Source: Patescibacteria group bacterium
GTDB lineage: Bacteria; Patescibacteriota; Microgenomatia; UBA1400; PJMF01
NCBI GenBank assembly: GCA_049322575.1
Contig: JBMORQ010000024.1
Coordinates: forward strand, 1-56,855
DNA length: 56,855 nt
Direction of reading: 5' to 3'
Below the pieces are notes generated by a model. That model saw only the letters and a list, made by a program, of their open reading frames with translations, ran no database searches and had not been told where the DNA came from. Made by a program: the position numbers and the translations under genes. Position 1 is the first letter of the stretch; every line of letters starts with the position of its first letter. This document shows positions 46,178 through 55,174 of this stretch, in pieces.

Positions 46178-49042
46178 TGCCTCTCGCTCTCGTTGCTTCT
46201 CCTCCTCAGTTTTTGGCCTGAAGTAGGCTGGGCTGCAAGCCTTGGTCGGTTCCATTCCCTGGATGAAAGCCTCCTCCTTGACTAGTGGACAGCCAGCACA
46301 AGGCAAGGTACCTGTCTTGGCACACACCTTGAGCCTCACGATTCCAGACGGGGTAGCAAATTGGTGCGGCTTTTCTGAATCCAGAAGCAACTGCATTGTC
46401 TCATTCCAGATCGGCGAAGCACCGGTGACACCTGATGCCACATAACTCATGGGTGAGTTGTCGTTATTGCCAACCCAAACAGCCACTAGACGGTCAGTGG
46501 TGTAGCCAATTGTCCAGTTGTCACGCAAACTGTTGGTAGTACCGGTTTTGACAGCAACCTGTTGTCCTGGGATGTGCAAAAAAGAACGCAGACCAAAGGC
46601 AGGAGCCCTTGCGTTATCATCCGATAGTATGTCGCTGATAAGATAAGCAACCTTCGGATCCAGTTTTTGCTCTGTAAAGCATTGTTTCTGGTCCAGGGCA
46701 CAGTCATTACGATAAAAAACCTCACCTCGGTAGTTACGAATTTCCAAGAAAGGATTGGGCTCAACCGGATAACCTAAATTGGCAAAGCTGCTGTAAAGCT
46801 GGGACATATCAAGCATTGTTACCTCGCCTCCTCCAAGAGTAAGGGATAAACCATAACGTTTACGATCCTGCCAAGTATCGATGCCCAACGCCTCGGCCTT
46901 ATCGATCACGTTGTCAACTCCCACAGCTGCCAGAGTTTTAACTGCTGGGATGTTGTATGACGAAGCAAGTGATTCACGTAAGGTGACTTTGCCGTGATAC
47001 TTTCCATCATAATTCTTGGGACTATACGGCGGACTACCAACTAGTTTGTAAGTAATGGGTGCGTCATCAATAATAGTGGAGGGGTTTTGGCCTTTTTCCA
47101 TAGCTACAGCATAAGTAAGCGGTTTAATTGAACTTCCTGGCTGCCGCTCTCGTAAGACAACATTAACCTGACCATCGTGAGCAAAGTCGAAATAATCGGC
47201 GCTACCAACCATTGCCAAGATTTCTCCGGTACGTGGATTTGTGACCAGAGAAGCACCATTGGAAATTCTCAAGCGAGTTAACGAAGCAATTTCTTCACTC
47301 ACGATCTTCTGAGCATTTTCTTGTAATTCTAGATCCAAAGTTGTATAAACTTCCAAACCTCCCTGGGTCAAAGTCTCTTCACCAAATTTTTCTGCCAAAA
47401 GTTTTTTTACGTACATGACAAAATGTGGTGCTTTAATGTCAATCGTGTCAGTACGAAAAGTAATTTTTTCCTGTGCGGCCGTCTCTGCTTGCTCGGTGCT
47501 GATGTATCCGTCCTCCACCATTCTACGCAATACCTCATGTTGGCGCTGATACGCCAATTCGGGATTGGGACCATAGGGACTAAAAACCGATGGAGCTGCA
47601 GGCAACCCGGCCAGCAAAGCGCTTTCTGCCAAAGTTAAGTCTTTGGCAGACTTATTAAAATACCTCCAAGCTGCCTCTTCCACGCCATAGGTCGAACCAC
47701 CATAGGGTACTTGATTAAAATACATTTCTAAAATTTCATCTTTTGAATAGGTTGCCTCAACAATCACCGACAACAATAGCTCGCGCAATTTGCGACGCAC
47801 TGTCTTTTCCGTTGTCAGCAAACGATTTTTCACCAACTGCTGAGTGATTGTCGAGCCACCTTGTTCGATCTTATCTCCGCGAACATTGGCAACAAACGCG
47901 CGAACAATTCCTTTGAGATCAAAGCCATTGTGGCGATAAAATGATTTGTCTTCGATAGCTATGGTAGCATTGATCATGTGAGGTGAAATATCTTTGAGTT
48001 TTACCAATGTCCGATTCTCATCCTTATAGATGCGATAAAGCAGCTCGCCGTGACGATCATAGATCTTGGTCGTGACAACTTGCTCCCGATTTTTTAGCTC
48101 AGAGGCAGCAGGCAAATCGGCAAAAATTGCGTCGTATGTCAACCAAGCTGATAATACAATTGCCACGGTTAACAAGATCGAAATTAATATTTGACGCCGC
48201 TCTTTTCTTTTTCTTTGCTCTGGTGTAAGAATTATATTTTTCTTTGGTGGAATGAATTGAAAAAATCTTTTGTCATTTTTGACGAGGTTGAGCGCGACTA
48301 ATATACGATAAGGCAAGTATAAAACTGCGGTAACAACCTGATTCTTTAGTTTTTGGCGTTGTATAGCCAACCATCTTGACTGAAAACGCAAGTTCTTTTT
48401 GAACCGCTTACGAAACTGACGAATCTCGCTCGGATAGCTCTGTAAATATTCTTTAGTTGCCAAGAATAACTTCTGGAAACTCTTAGACAAAGAGCGACGC
48501 AACTTCCTATTATTCGCCTTAGCTGACTTGACAGCCGATGCAACTACTCTGACAATCGCTGTCTGATTCTGTTTGTTTTTTCTTGGTCTAGTAAAGAACT
48601 TGACAGTTCGAGCAACCTTTTTTGAGACTTTTTTCAGTTTCTTAATCTGCCTTTTTACTTTGCGCAAGAAAACTAATTTAACCAATCGAAGCTGGTCGAG
48701 AGAGTCTTCAATCAACCGACTTTTGGAACGAAAAACCACAATCTCCCGCCGACGTTGGTCGGCTTGCTGATGACTGGGAGAGCGCTTACTCTCCAATGAT
48801 TTCTTGACTTTGTTGGAAAGTGATTTTAATCGTCTCTTTTTTAACTCTTTTTTCGTTATTTTGCCGATATTAAGTGCTGTAATTTTTGGTTGAAGATTGT
48901 GGACCAATCTTTTTACTCCAGTAAGAGACTTCTTAATGTCCGGTAAAACCAAAAAATCCCTCTCTTGTGGGAGGGTTTTTTTAGCTTTTTTCTTGAGCTT
49001 TTTGGGCTTTTTACTAGATACAGCAAGTTTTCTTCTGGGCAC
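46166..49042 (-). CDS. Class A penicillin-binding protein (glycosyltransferase GT51 plus transpeptidase) with a ~285-aa highly basic N-terminal cytoplasmic extension
   Basis: GT51 motifs (IAIEDKSFYRHNGFD, GGSTITQQLVKN, RKLRE) and transpeptidase motifs (SSIKP = SxxK, SYN = SxN, KTGTT) follow a TM helix near residue 285-305. The start codon is GTG. Confidence 0.9.
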   Translation of the reverse strand: MPRRKLAVSSKKPKKLKKKAKKTLPQERDFLVLPDIKKSLTGVKRLVHNLQPKITALNIGKITKKELKKRRLKSLSNKVKKSLESKRSPSHQQADQRRREIVVFRSKSRLIEDSLDQLRLVKLVFLRKVKRQIKKLKKVSKKVARTVKFFTRPRKNKQNQTAIVRVVASAVKSAKANNRKLRRSLSKSFQKLFLATKEYLQSYPSEIRQFRKRFKKNLRFQSRWLAIQRQKLKNQVVTAVLYLPYRILVALNLVKNDKRFFQFIPPKKNIILTPEQRKRKERRQILISILLTVAIVLSAWLTYDAIFADLPAASELKNREQVVTTKIYDRHGELLYRIYKDENRTLVKLKDISPHMINATIAIEDKSFYRHNGFDLKGIVRAFVANVRGDKIEQGGSTITQQLVKNRLLTTEKTVRRKLRELLLSVIVEATYSKDEILEMYFNQVPYGGSTYGVEEAAWRYFNKSAKDLTLAESALLAGLPAAPSVFSPYGPNPELAYQRQHEVLRRMVEDGYISTEQAETAAQEKITFRTDTIDIKAPHFVMYVKKLLAEKFGEETLTQGGLEVYTTLDLELQENAQKIVSEEIASLTRLRISNGASLVTNPRTGEILAMVGSADYFDFAHDGQVNVVLRERQPGSSIKPLTYAVAMEKGQNPSTIIDDAPITYKLVGSPPYSPKNYDGKYHGKVTLRESLASSYNIPAVKTLAAVGVDNVIDKAEALGIDTWQDRKRYGLSLTLGGGEVTMLDMSQLYSSFANLGYPVEPNPFLEIRNYRGEVFYRNDCALDQKQCFTEQKLDPKVAYLISDILSDDNARAPAFGLRSFLHIPGQQVAVKTGTTNSLRDNWTIGYTTDRLVAVWVGNNDNSPMSYVASGVTGASPIWNETMQLLLDSEKPHQFATPSGIVRLKVCAKTGTLPCAGCPLVKEEAFIQGMEPTKACSPAYFRPKTEEEKQREREASIR

Positions 49043-49165
49043 GATGGCGAATCATATCATGTAGGCCTATATCAATCAATATATAGATGTATCGGAATGG
49101 ATCAAATATGATGAAATTACTCCCAGGCCTTGCAGTTGTAGATTTAAGGGAGGTTAATTAAAACC

Positions 49166-50122
49166 CTATTGAACAGCATTTACAAAGCCCCGTTGCGAAT
49201 CTTGGCCCAACCTGTCAAATTCACTCTTCGTTCCCAGTACACAGTATGTTAAAAATATCCCCCCGCTTCTGAACTTCCCATATTCAACTTCCAAAGAACG
49301 AGTAACGCCTTCAATCAGCGTTTCGAGATGTGTGTATATTTCTTTAGGTTTCCACATGAATAATCCGGCCTCTAGAGAAAAATTGCTAATTGCCACTTTT
49401 AACAATTGGGCAGTTGATTGTCCCAGAAGGCCGCCTCCAAAATCATAACCATCTGGTTTTTTCAGTAAACTGTTTCTAACAAAACTCCTTGACCTATTTT
49501 CATCATGATTAATTCTAAATGCTATTTTTTCTGCCGAGAAAGGATAGTTAACCCTAGCAACTATAACCCTTGCTTGATAATCCTTACCTGCCAACAACCT
49601 CTCAGAACCGTCTTTAAGCAACCTATCTTTTACTTCTCGTTCCTCTTCGTCATGTTTAGCTGCTTCCACCTGAGCTTTTATCTGTTTTTCCATTTTAATG
49701 TATTCTTGGCCGAACACACTTTTAAAACTAGACAAAAACGATTTACAATTACTTCTGACAAACTCCCTTAGCTCTTGTTCTGCAGGCTCCTCGTAAAAAA
49801 GATCATCATATACGCTAAAACGGTCAGTTTGAATGAGCTCTGGATGGAGTTTGATTAATACCCGCCATGTAATGCCATTGAGAATCAACCCGGGCTTGAA
49901 TTGCCCATCTGCCGAAAGAAACCAATTAGAAGGAAAAAATCCTTTATCAAGACAATGTTCAAGAATTCCTTGATCAACTTCGCCTAGATCAAAATCTGGG
50001 ATACGATTACGAACACCCTTTGACTCAATAAAATATGTGTCTATTACTAAGCCTTCCGTTCCGGTCAGATCTTCGCCAGAAGATCGTACATTTTCTATGT
50101 GAGTCTCTTTACTTAAAACCAT
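49166..50122 (-). CDS. Hypothetical protein, 318 aa
   Basis: A long ORF with no recognisable motif and a central acidic or coiled segment. A composite repeat element starts about 45 nt upstream. Confidence 0.6.
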   Translation of the reverse strand: MVLSKETHIENVRSSGEDLTGTEGLVIDTYFIESKGVRNRIPDFDLGEVDQGILEHCLDKGFFPSNWFLSADGQFKPGLILNGITWRVLIKLHPELIQTDRFSVYDDLFYEEPAEQELREFVRSNCKSFLSSFKSVFGQEYIKMEKQIKAQVEAAKHDEEEREVKDRLLKDGSERLLAGKDYQARVIVARVNYPFSAEKIAFRINHDENRSRSFVRNSLLKKPDGYDFGGGLLGQSTAQLLKVAISNFSLEAGLFMWKPKEIYTHLETLIEGVTRSLEVEYGKFRSGGIFLTYCVLGTKSEFDRLGQDSQRGFVNAVQ

Positions 50123-50165
50123 GTCTAATTATACCATCATGAATTGAGTGAGTTTGGCATCTTAT

Positions 50166-50363
50166 TACACTTCCCGAGAAACAATCTCTAATTAAATAGA
50201 CCGTAGCAAAACAAGATTTTGTAGTGAGAAACTGATTTTTTTGAGCGAAAAGGGCTTTTTTGAGCGAAGTAGTAGTATAGCTATGCCTAGAATGAGAAAA
50301 CTAACCTTATAGTACTTATAAGGCAGTTTTGTAATAGAAATGTTATTTCACTACAAGTCTAAT
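50166..50363 (+). repeat. Composite copy of the interspersed repeat family between the 318-aa ORF start and the nrdJ stop
   Basis: The left part TACACTTCCCGAGAAAC...GATTTTGTAGTGAGAAACTGATTTTTTT is followed by a core nearly identical to 136-273. An internal 7-bp hairpin is CCTTATA-gtact-TATAAGG (50304-50322). The right module is GCAGTTTTGTAATAGAAATGTTATTTCACTACAAGTCTA. Confidence 0.8.
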
Positions 50364-50465
50364 ATAATGGGAAGCACTTATCATCTCTGTTAAAGAGTCG
50401 CCAATGAGCTTTTCACATCTTTTCAGAGGTCGTGGTCTTTTTCCAGCTACAATCTATGGACTAGT

Positions 50466-53400
50466 CTATATCGGACAAGCCCCTGACTCACACCTCAGGT
50501 GCTCCATATTAATATCTTCAGCCAAGGCATTTTCGTCACTAATCTCACGTACTATCTTCATAAACTCATTGATGGTAACGGCTTCTTCTGGTTGATACTC
50601 ATAAGCGGTGGCATCGACATGTGGCATGACTGAGCAGGTCTTGATTTGAGGCTGGTATCGGGAAATCATGGCCGTGAATTTCTTAAAGCTGACTTTCTTT
50701 GGATTGTACTTAAGTGTGTATGAAATCTGATTACCATGGTCCTCAGCTAAAGGCTTGCCATTTTCGTCAACACCTACAATCCAGTATTTCTCAAGAAGCA
50801 TCAGCCATCTGAACTGCTCTGCTGGGGTTGCTTCGCTGGCGGTCACTAGTTTGTCACCCATATCTAGACGACAAATTTCTGGCTGAGTGGGAAAGCCAAC
50901 CACGGTTGTGCCTTGATAACTGCGAAGGTCCTTGGTGGGATAGCCCATGCGACGGTATTTTTTGACCAGCGGATCATCGCTTCTAAACTGCACCCAGCGC
51001 AAGTACTCACGCATTGCCGGTAGATGGGCTCCCTCTGACAAGCTAAAAAGCTTGGAGGTGGTACCAGCTGGCTTGATGGTTGTGTTGGTATGAGGTACAT
51101 TAACGCCCAGTCTCTGAGAATATTTACGAGCCTCATCGTCCACCGCTCGGCGAAACCGAGCCAAGGTCATCCAAAAATCCTTTGACTTTTTTTCGTTAAT
51201 TAGATCACGAAAGCCATAGCCAAAAGCATTCCAAGCGTACTCATGCACGCCTGTCATGCCCACACCAATCCTATTTGTACGACGCACCTCACGGCTATAC
51301 AAACTATCCATAAAAGAGTTAACCCTGATTAAAGCCCGTGTGGCAACCCGGAAAGCTTCCTCGGCGGCATCTGCATTGGGCGTATGGTACGGAACCACGT
51401 CAGCAATCACACAATAACCGCCCAACATGTTTAAAGTAATTTCTCCGCAAGGGTTGGGTATCTGGGTATAGTATTTAGCACTAGCGTGTTTGGCTATTTG
51501 AGCCATCATTTTGATCGAACGGCGCATTGGCTGATATTTCTGACTCATGGCGTATTTGCCATCAAGATAGCCATCAAAACCATCGTCGTTCTGGACTAGC
51601 TTATGCTGATTAATAAATCCTGGTTCACCTGTTAAGTCATAATAAGAAGCTCGCAAAACCTCCCTTAACACTCGCTGAGAGTGCTTGCTGCGCTGTTTCC
51701 AAAATTTATCATCGACAGCTACGCTGTTATTAGCAGACCAAAGAAAGCCTCCGCGTTTTATTGAGATAAAGTCGGAAATTGCAGCATCTGTCCAGCTTTT
51801 GGTTGCAATACGCGCTGCCCTCCTGGCACCTCCAACCAAGACACATTCCGAGAGGTAGTGATCAACAAACAAGGTCTGCTTCCAAGGCTCCATGTGAGCG
51901 TTCTTAACAGTGGCAACCTTGGCAATCGCCTTCATCAAAGGTCTCGGACCAGAAGCTGGTCGATTTTGCATACCCTTTATCAGAGAACCCTTGGGTCTAA
52001 CCTTAGAAAAATCGATAATCAGCATGTCACTCTTAAATTTCTTCTCGTATGTCATTACCTCGATTTGCTCTACTGCCTGGGCCCAACCCTCACGGGTATC
52101 AGGCACTTCAAACCAATGAGCTTTGTCATATTTGTGTTTGGCATCGCGCACGCTTTCATCCTCGCCCCACAAGAAATCTGGATGTTTCTCATCTAAGACC
52201 AAGCGAATATCTGGCATAAAATCCCAGTCAACCACCATTAGATCATCGTCGTAGGCCCGACCTACACCAGAACCGTTTAGCAACAAGTAAAAAAGGAGAA
52301 AAGAGCTTGATGCGGTACTGCAGTTGCCAGTAAGCAGCCCATTAGACAAAACGAAACCTGTTGTAACAGGTTCTTCAACACAATAAACTTCTTCTTCGCC
52401 AACTAATTCAATGCTCGCAACTTTACGAATTGCTGATCTGCTAAGTCTAATACAATGCAGGGTTTTTCCATTTGCGTAACTACCATCACCTTCTTTTCTT
52501 TCAAAGACCCGATGAGAAGTAATAATATAACCAGCATATGCTGCGTAGTTTTCCAACCATTCGATTGCATCCTCTCTAGTTGTAGAGATTTCGATACTAA
52601 CAGTATTTGTCAAAGTTTTGGAACCATCAGCCATCCACCATCCTTTGATAAATCCGGCTATATAAGAAGGATCGACCGTGAATGGCAAATCTTTTAAAAA
52701 TGATTTTCTACCCAAATATACGACTGCGTCTCCTTTTGCATGCTTGGGATAATGGATTCTATATTGGCTGAAAAAATCTAAATATTTTTTATCTTTTCCG
52801 CACAACCTGATAGCAGGATAATCTCTACCCTGTGCAGCAATAACATCTGGATAGTCACGACGATTTTTGTGTGCTGAACCATCGCCAAAAATCAAACCGT
52901 GTTGAATTCCTTCTATTGATTCTTCTTCTAATGTTGGAACTGTCATTAAACAATCACCAACTTTTATTTCATCCGTTACTAAACCATTTTCTAAAAACCA
53001 TCTGTGATTCTTTGTTGCAATAACCTCATGAGAATAATTGCTAGTACCAGTTTTTGGTACAAAAGTAATTTTGTATAATTTTTGAATACCGTATGCATCT
53101 ACTTTAGCTTCTCTCCACTCACCATCAGCTGCCTTAACAGTCACATTCTCCCCCGAAATACTGCCAATAGCTACTGAACCAAATTCCTGAGTAAGAATTT
53201 TTGTATTTTTTTCTAGACAGTTAGTGAAAACTTCCATATTTCTGCCTGGCTGAGTTTCGTCACCATGTTGCAGGTGGCGTCCACTCAATAAAATCGAAGC
53301 GTTAGCTATATGCTTTTTAAGCAGTTCTTTTTCTTCTTTGCGATGGGCTTTGTATTTCTCTGGCAAAAGCCCCGAATTGCCTTCTGCCACGCGCTCTGCG

Positions 53401-53552
53401 ACATCTTCCCAGCTTTCTATCTCACCATTCTGCTTTGTCCGCAAAATCGTGCGCTTGGCAACAGCCTCACCCAAACCACTCGACAATTGCCTAATCTTGA
53501 AGCTCATTTTTTTCTTGGGTAGAGTACTGGCTACTTTCTTGTCTGGCGACAT
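50466..53552 (-). CDS. nrdJ: Class II (adenosylcobalamin-dependent-type) ribonucleoside reductase NrdJ, interrupted by an in-frame intein
   Basis: The thiyl-radical loop IPNPCGEI and a C-terminal redox Cys pair CESGAC are present. There is no ATP cone and no adjacent small subunit. The extein is about 729 aa once the 299-aa intein is removed. Confidence 0.88.
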   Translation of the reverse strand: MSPDKKVASTLPKKKMSFKIRQLSSGLGEAVAKRTILRTKQNGEIESWEDVAERVAEGNSGLLPEKYKAHRKEEKELLKKHIANASILLSGRHLQHGDETQPGRNMEVFTNCLEKNTKILTQEFGSVAIGSISGENVTVKAADGEWREAKVDAYGIQKLYKITFVPKTGTSNYSHEVIATKNHRWFLENGLVTDEIKVGDCLMTVPTLEEESIEGIQHGLIFGDGSAHKNRRDYPDVIAAQGRDYPAIRLCGKDKKYLDFFSQYRIHYPKHAKGDAVVYLGRKSFLKDLPFTVDPSYIAGFIKGWWMADGSKTLTNTVSIEISTTREDAIEWLENYAAYAGYIITSHRVFERKEGDGSYANGKTLHCIRLSRSAIRKVASIELVGEEEVYCVEEPVTTGFVLSNGLLTGNCSTASSSFLLFYLLLNGSGVGRAYDDDLMVVDWDFMPDIRLVLDEKHPDFLWGEDESVRDAKHKYDKAHWFEVPDTREGWAQAVEQIEVMTYEKKFKSDMLIIDFSKVRPKGSLIKGMQNRPASGPRPLMKAIAKVATVKNAHMEPWKQTLFVDHYLSECVLVGGARRAARIATKSWTDAAISDFISIKRGGFLWSANNSVAVDDKFWKQRSKHSQRVLREVLRASYYDLTGEPGFINQHKLVQNDDGFDGYLDGKYAMSQKYQPMRRSIKMMAQIAKHASAKYYTQIPNPCGEITLNMLGGYCVIADVVPYHTPNADAAEEAFRVATRALIRVNSFMDSLYSREVRRTNRIGVGMTGVHEYAWNAFGYGFRDLINEKKSKDFWMTLARFRRAVDDEARKYSQRLGVNVPHTNTTIKPAGTTSKLFSLSEGAHLPAMREYLRWVQFRSDDPLVKKYRRMGYPTKDLRSYQGTTVVGFPTQPEICRLDMGDKLVTASEATPAEQFRWLMLLEKYWIVGVDENGKPLAEDHGNQISYTLKYNPKKVSFKKFTAMISRYQPQIKTCSVMPHVDATAYEYQPEEAVTINEFMKIVREISDENALAEDINMEHLRCESGACPI
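52323..53219 (-). mobile_element. Intein (299 aa) with a LAGLIDADG homing-endonuclease domain inside nrdJ
   Basis: The extein/intein junctions are EVFTN|CLEKNTKIL (Cys1) and VLSNGLLTGN|CST (terminal Asn, +1 Cys). Block B is IATKNH. LAGLIDADG-type motifs are GLIFGDGSA and YIAGFIKGWWMADGS. Block F/G is VYCVEEPVTTGFVLSNGLLTGN. Confidence 0.88.
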
Positions 53553-53697
53553 GTTTATTTCTCCAAATCAGACCTCTAGTTAAATATCGATTCGAATAAT
53601 GTTCGAAAACTGTGCTTTGCTGTATTTTTCTAGAAGTCACTTAATAATTTGTAAGTCTTTTTAGGTTTTATCGGTTGTACCCTGCATCAGGGACGAA

Positions 53698-54165
53698 TTA
53701 CTTCTCACCGTCTTCAATCTGCTGGATCTTCTCAATCTCTGTTTTGAAGTCCTCTAGAGAGGCGAAATCCCTGTAAACGCTGGCAAAGAGCAAATATGAA
53801 AGCTTATCAATTTTCTTGAGTCGATTAATAACTAAGTTGCCAATTTCCCAGCTCTTGACCTCTCTTGTGTCGCGCAAGCGCAGCTTGCGCTCTACATCGC
53901 TAATTAGCTCACCAATTTGCTCCATGGAAACCGGCCTTTTCCAGGTTGCCTTGATCAAGCCACGTTTAATCTTTTCTCGATCAAACTGTTCTTTCTCGCC
54001 GTTCTTCTTGATAACTTTGATATTAATGTCCTCGACCCTCTCGTATGTCGTAAAACGGCGCTGGCATTCCAGGCATTCGCGTCTACGACGAATTGCTTCT
54101 CCTCCCTCGGTGTCACGAGAGTCTAAAACCGTGAGCTGGTCACTCTTACAAAAAGGACAGTTCAT
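53698..54165 (-). CDS. nrdR: Transcriptional repressor NrdR
   Basis: The zinc ribbon MNCPFCKS...CLECQRRFTTYE is followed by an ATP-cone domain. It lies directly upstream of nrdJ. Confidence 0.93.
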   Translation of the reverse strand: MNCPFCKSDQLTVLDSRDTEGGEAIRRRRECLECQRRFTTYERVEDINIKVIKKNGEKEQFDREKIKRGLIKATWKRPVSMEQIGELISDVERKLRLRDTREVKSWEIGNLVINRLKKIDKLSYLLFASVYRDFASLEDFKTEIEKIQQIEDGEK

Positions 54166-54174
54166 ATTGAGTAA

Positions 54175-54223
54175 ACACTACCTGTTGTGGTTTTGTTACA
54201 TACAAAACACTATTGGTGGTAGT
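54175..54223. promoter_or_regulatory. Candidate pair of NrdR boxes flanking a 7-bp hairpin, upstream of nrdR
   Basis: ACACTACCTGTTGTGG (54175-54190) matches about 12/16 to the recalled consensus acaCwAtATaTwGtgt. ACACTATTGGTGGTAG (54207-54222) matches about 10/16. The start-to-start spacing is 32 bp. GTTTTGT-tacat-ACAAAAC lies between them. Confidence 0.4.
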
Positions 54224-54483
54224 TCACATTCCGGCGGACTTAAAGAATCTCACAAAATAGGGGTCAAAGTCAACTAACTAAAAATGTATCAAAAGATTTA
54301 ACAATAAACAATATGGTTTCTACCAAATAAAATTCCAGCTAAAAAGGTCATTTTGACAAATAAAATTTGCAATTCACAGAGCCTTCATTCTGGACGGTAG
54401 GAGTCTGTGCTTTTGAACACATATAATAAATAGTACGAAAGAAATCTAGGGTAGGAGGCCAATTTCAGGGAAAGTCTCTTAGC

Positions 54484-55029
54484 TTAGTTTTGTTTCTCTA
54501 GGGAATGATTGATTCTGTCTTGGATTTGCTGGCCCTCGCAGCAAAGCTGATCTAACAAACTTTTGTCTTGGGTCTCAAAGCTATCGGCTAGTTGCCGCAC
54601 CTGGGCTAAGTTCTTTTTCATGATCCTACTGACGTATTGTTTGTCCTGTTCTGGCATGTTGTGGTCCAAAACATCTTGGGCCGCTTGATTGAGGTATTTT
54701 TGGGATTTGGTTAAGGTACTCAAGGCTAAGGATTTTTTGTTTTTCTCGATCATCTTCTTGGCGTATTCCAGCCTTCTCTCAGCGTACTCCACCTTAATGT
54801 AAACTGCATCTCGCTGGGAGCTGGCTTCAAGCCTGGCACGGTCTGCAATAATTAGCAAAGGGTAACCTACATGATCAGGTAAAATCTCATCGCTCACATA
54901 AAACCTCATATCGCTTGCGGCCTCTTCACTACCAAGAACTCTGCTTGCCGAGATCAGCGAGACCCACAAAATCCCAACCCCAAAAAGTAGAAAAACAAAA
55001 GAAAAGCTAAAACGCCAAGGAATTTGCAT
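54484..55029 (-). CDS. Hypothetical membrane-anchored or secreted helical protein (181 aa)
   Basis: An N-terminal hydrophobic signal/anchor is followed by helical repeats rich in K/E/Q/A. No catalytic motif. Confidence 0.6.
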   Translation of the reverse strand: MQIPWRFSFSFVFLLFGVGILWVSLISASRVLGSEEAASDMRFYVSDEILPDHVGYPLLIIADRARLEASSQRDAVYIKVEYAERRLEYAKKMIEKNKKSLALSTLTKSQKYLNQAAQDVLDHNMPEQDKQYVSRIMKKNLAQVRQLADSFETQDKSLLDQLCCEGQQIQDRINHSLEKQN

Positions 55030-55174
55030 AAAGTTATGAAGGCATAATTATACCACTTTTGCTAACTTTTATTGCAGTATTATTAACGCAACCAATCAAA
55101 TTTACACTAATAAATCTGATAGGCCTGTGGCGGAATATCATTCCTGTACGAAATTTACTCTGCCACCAATCCAA

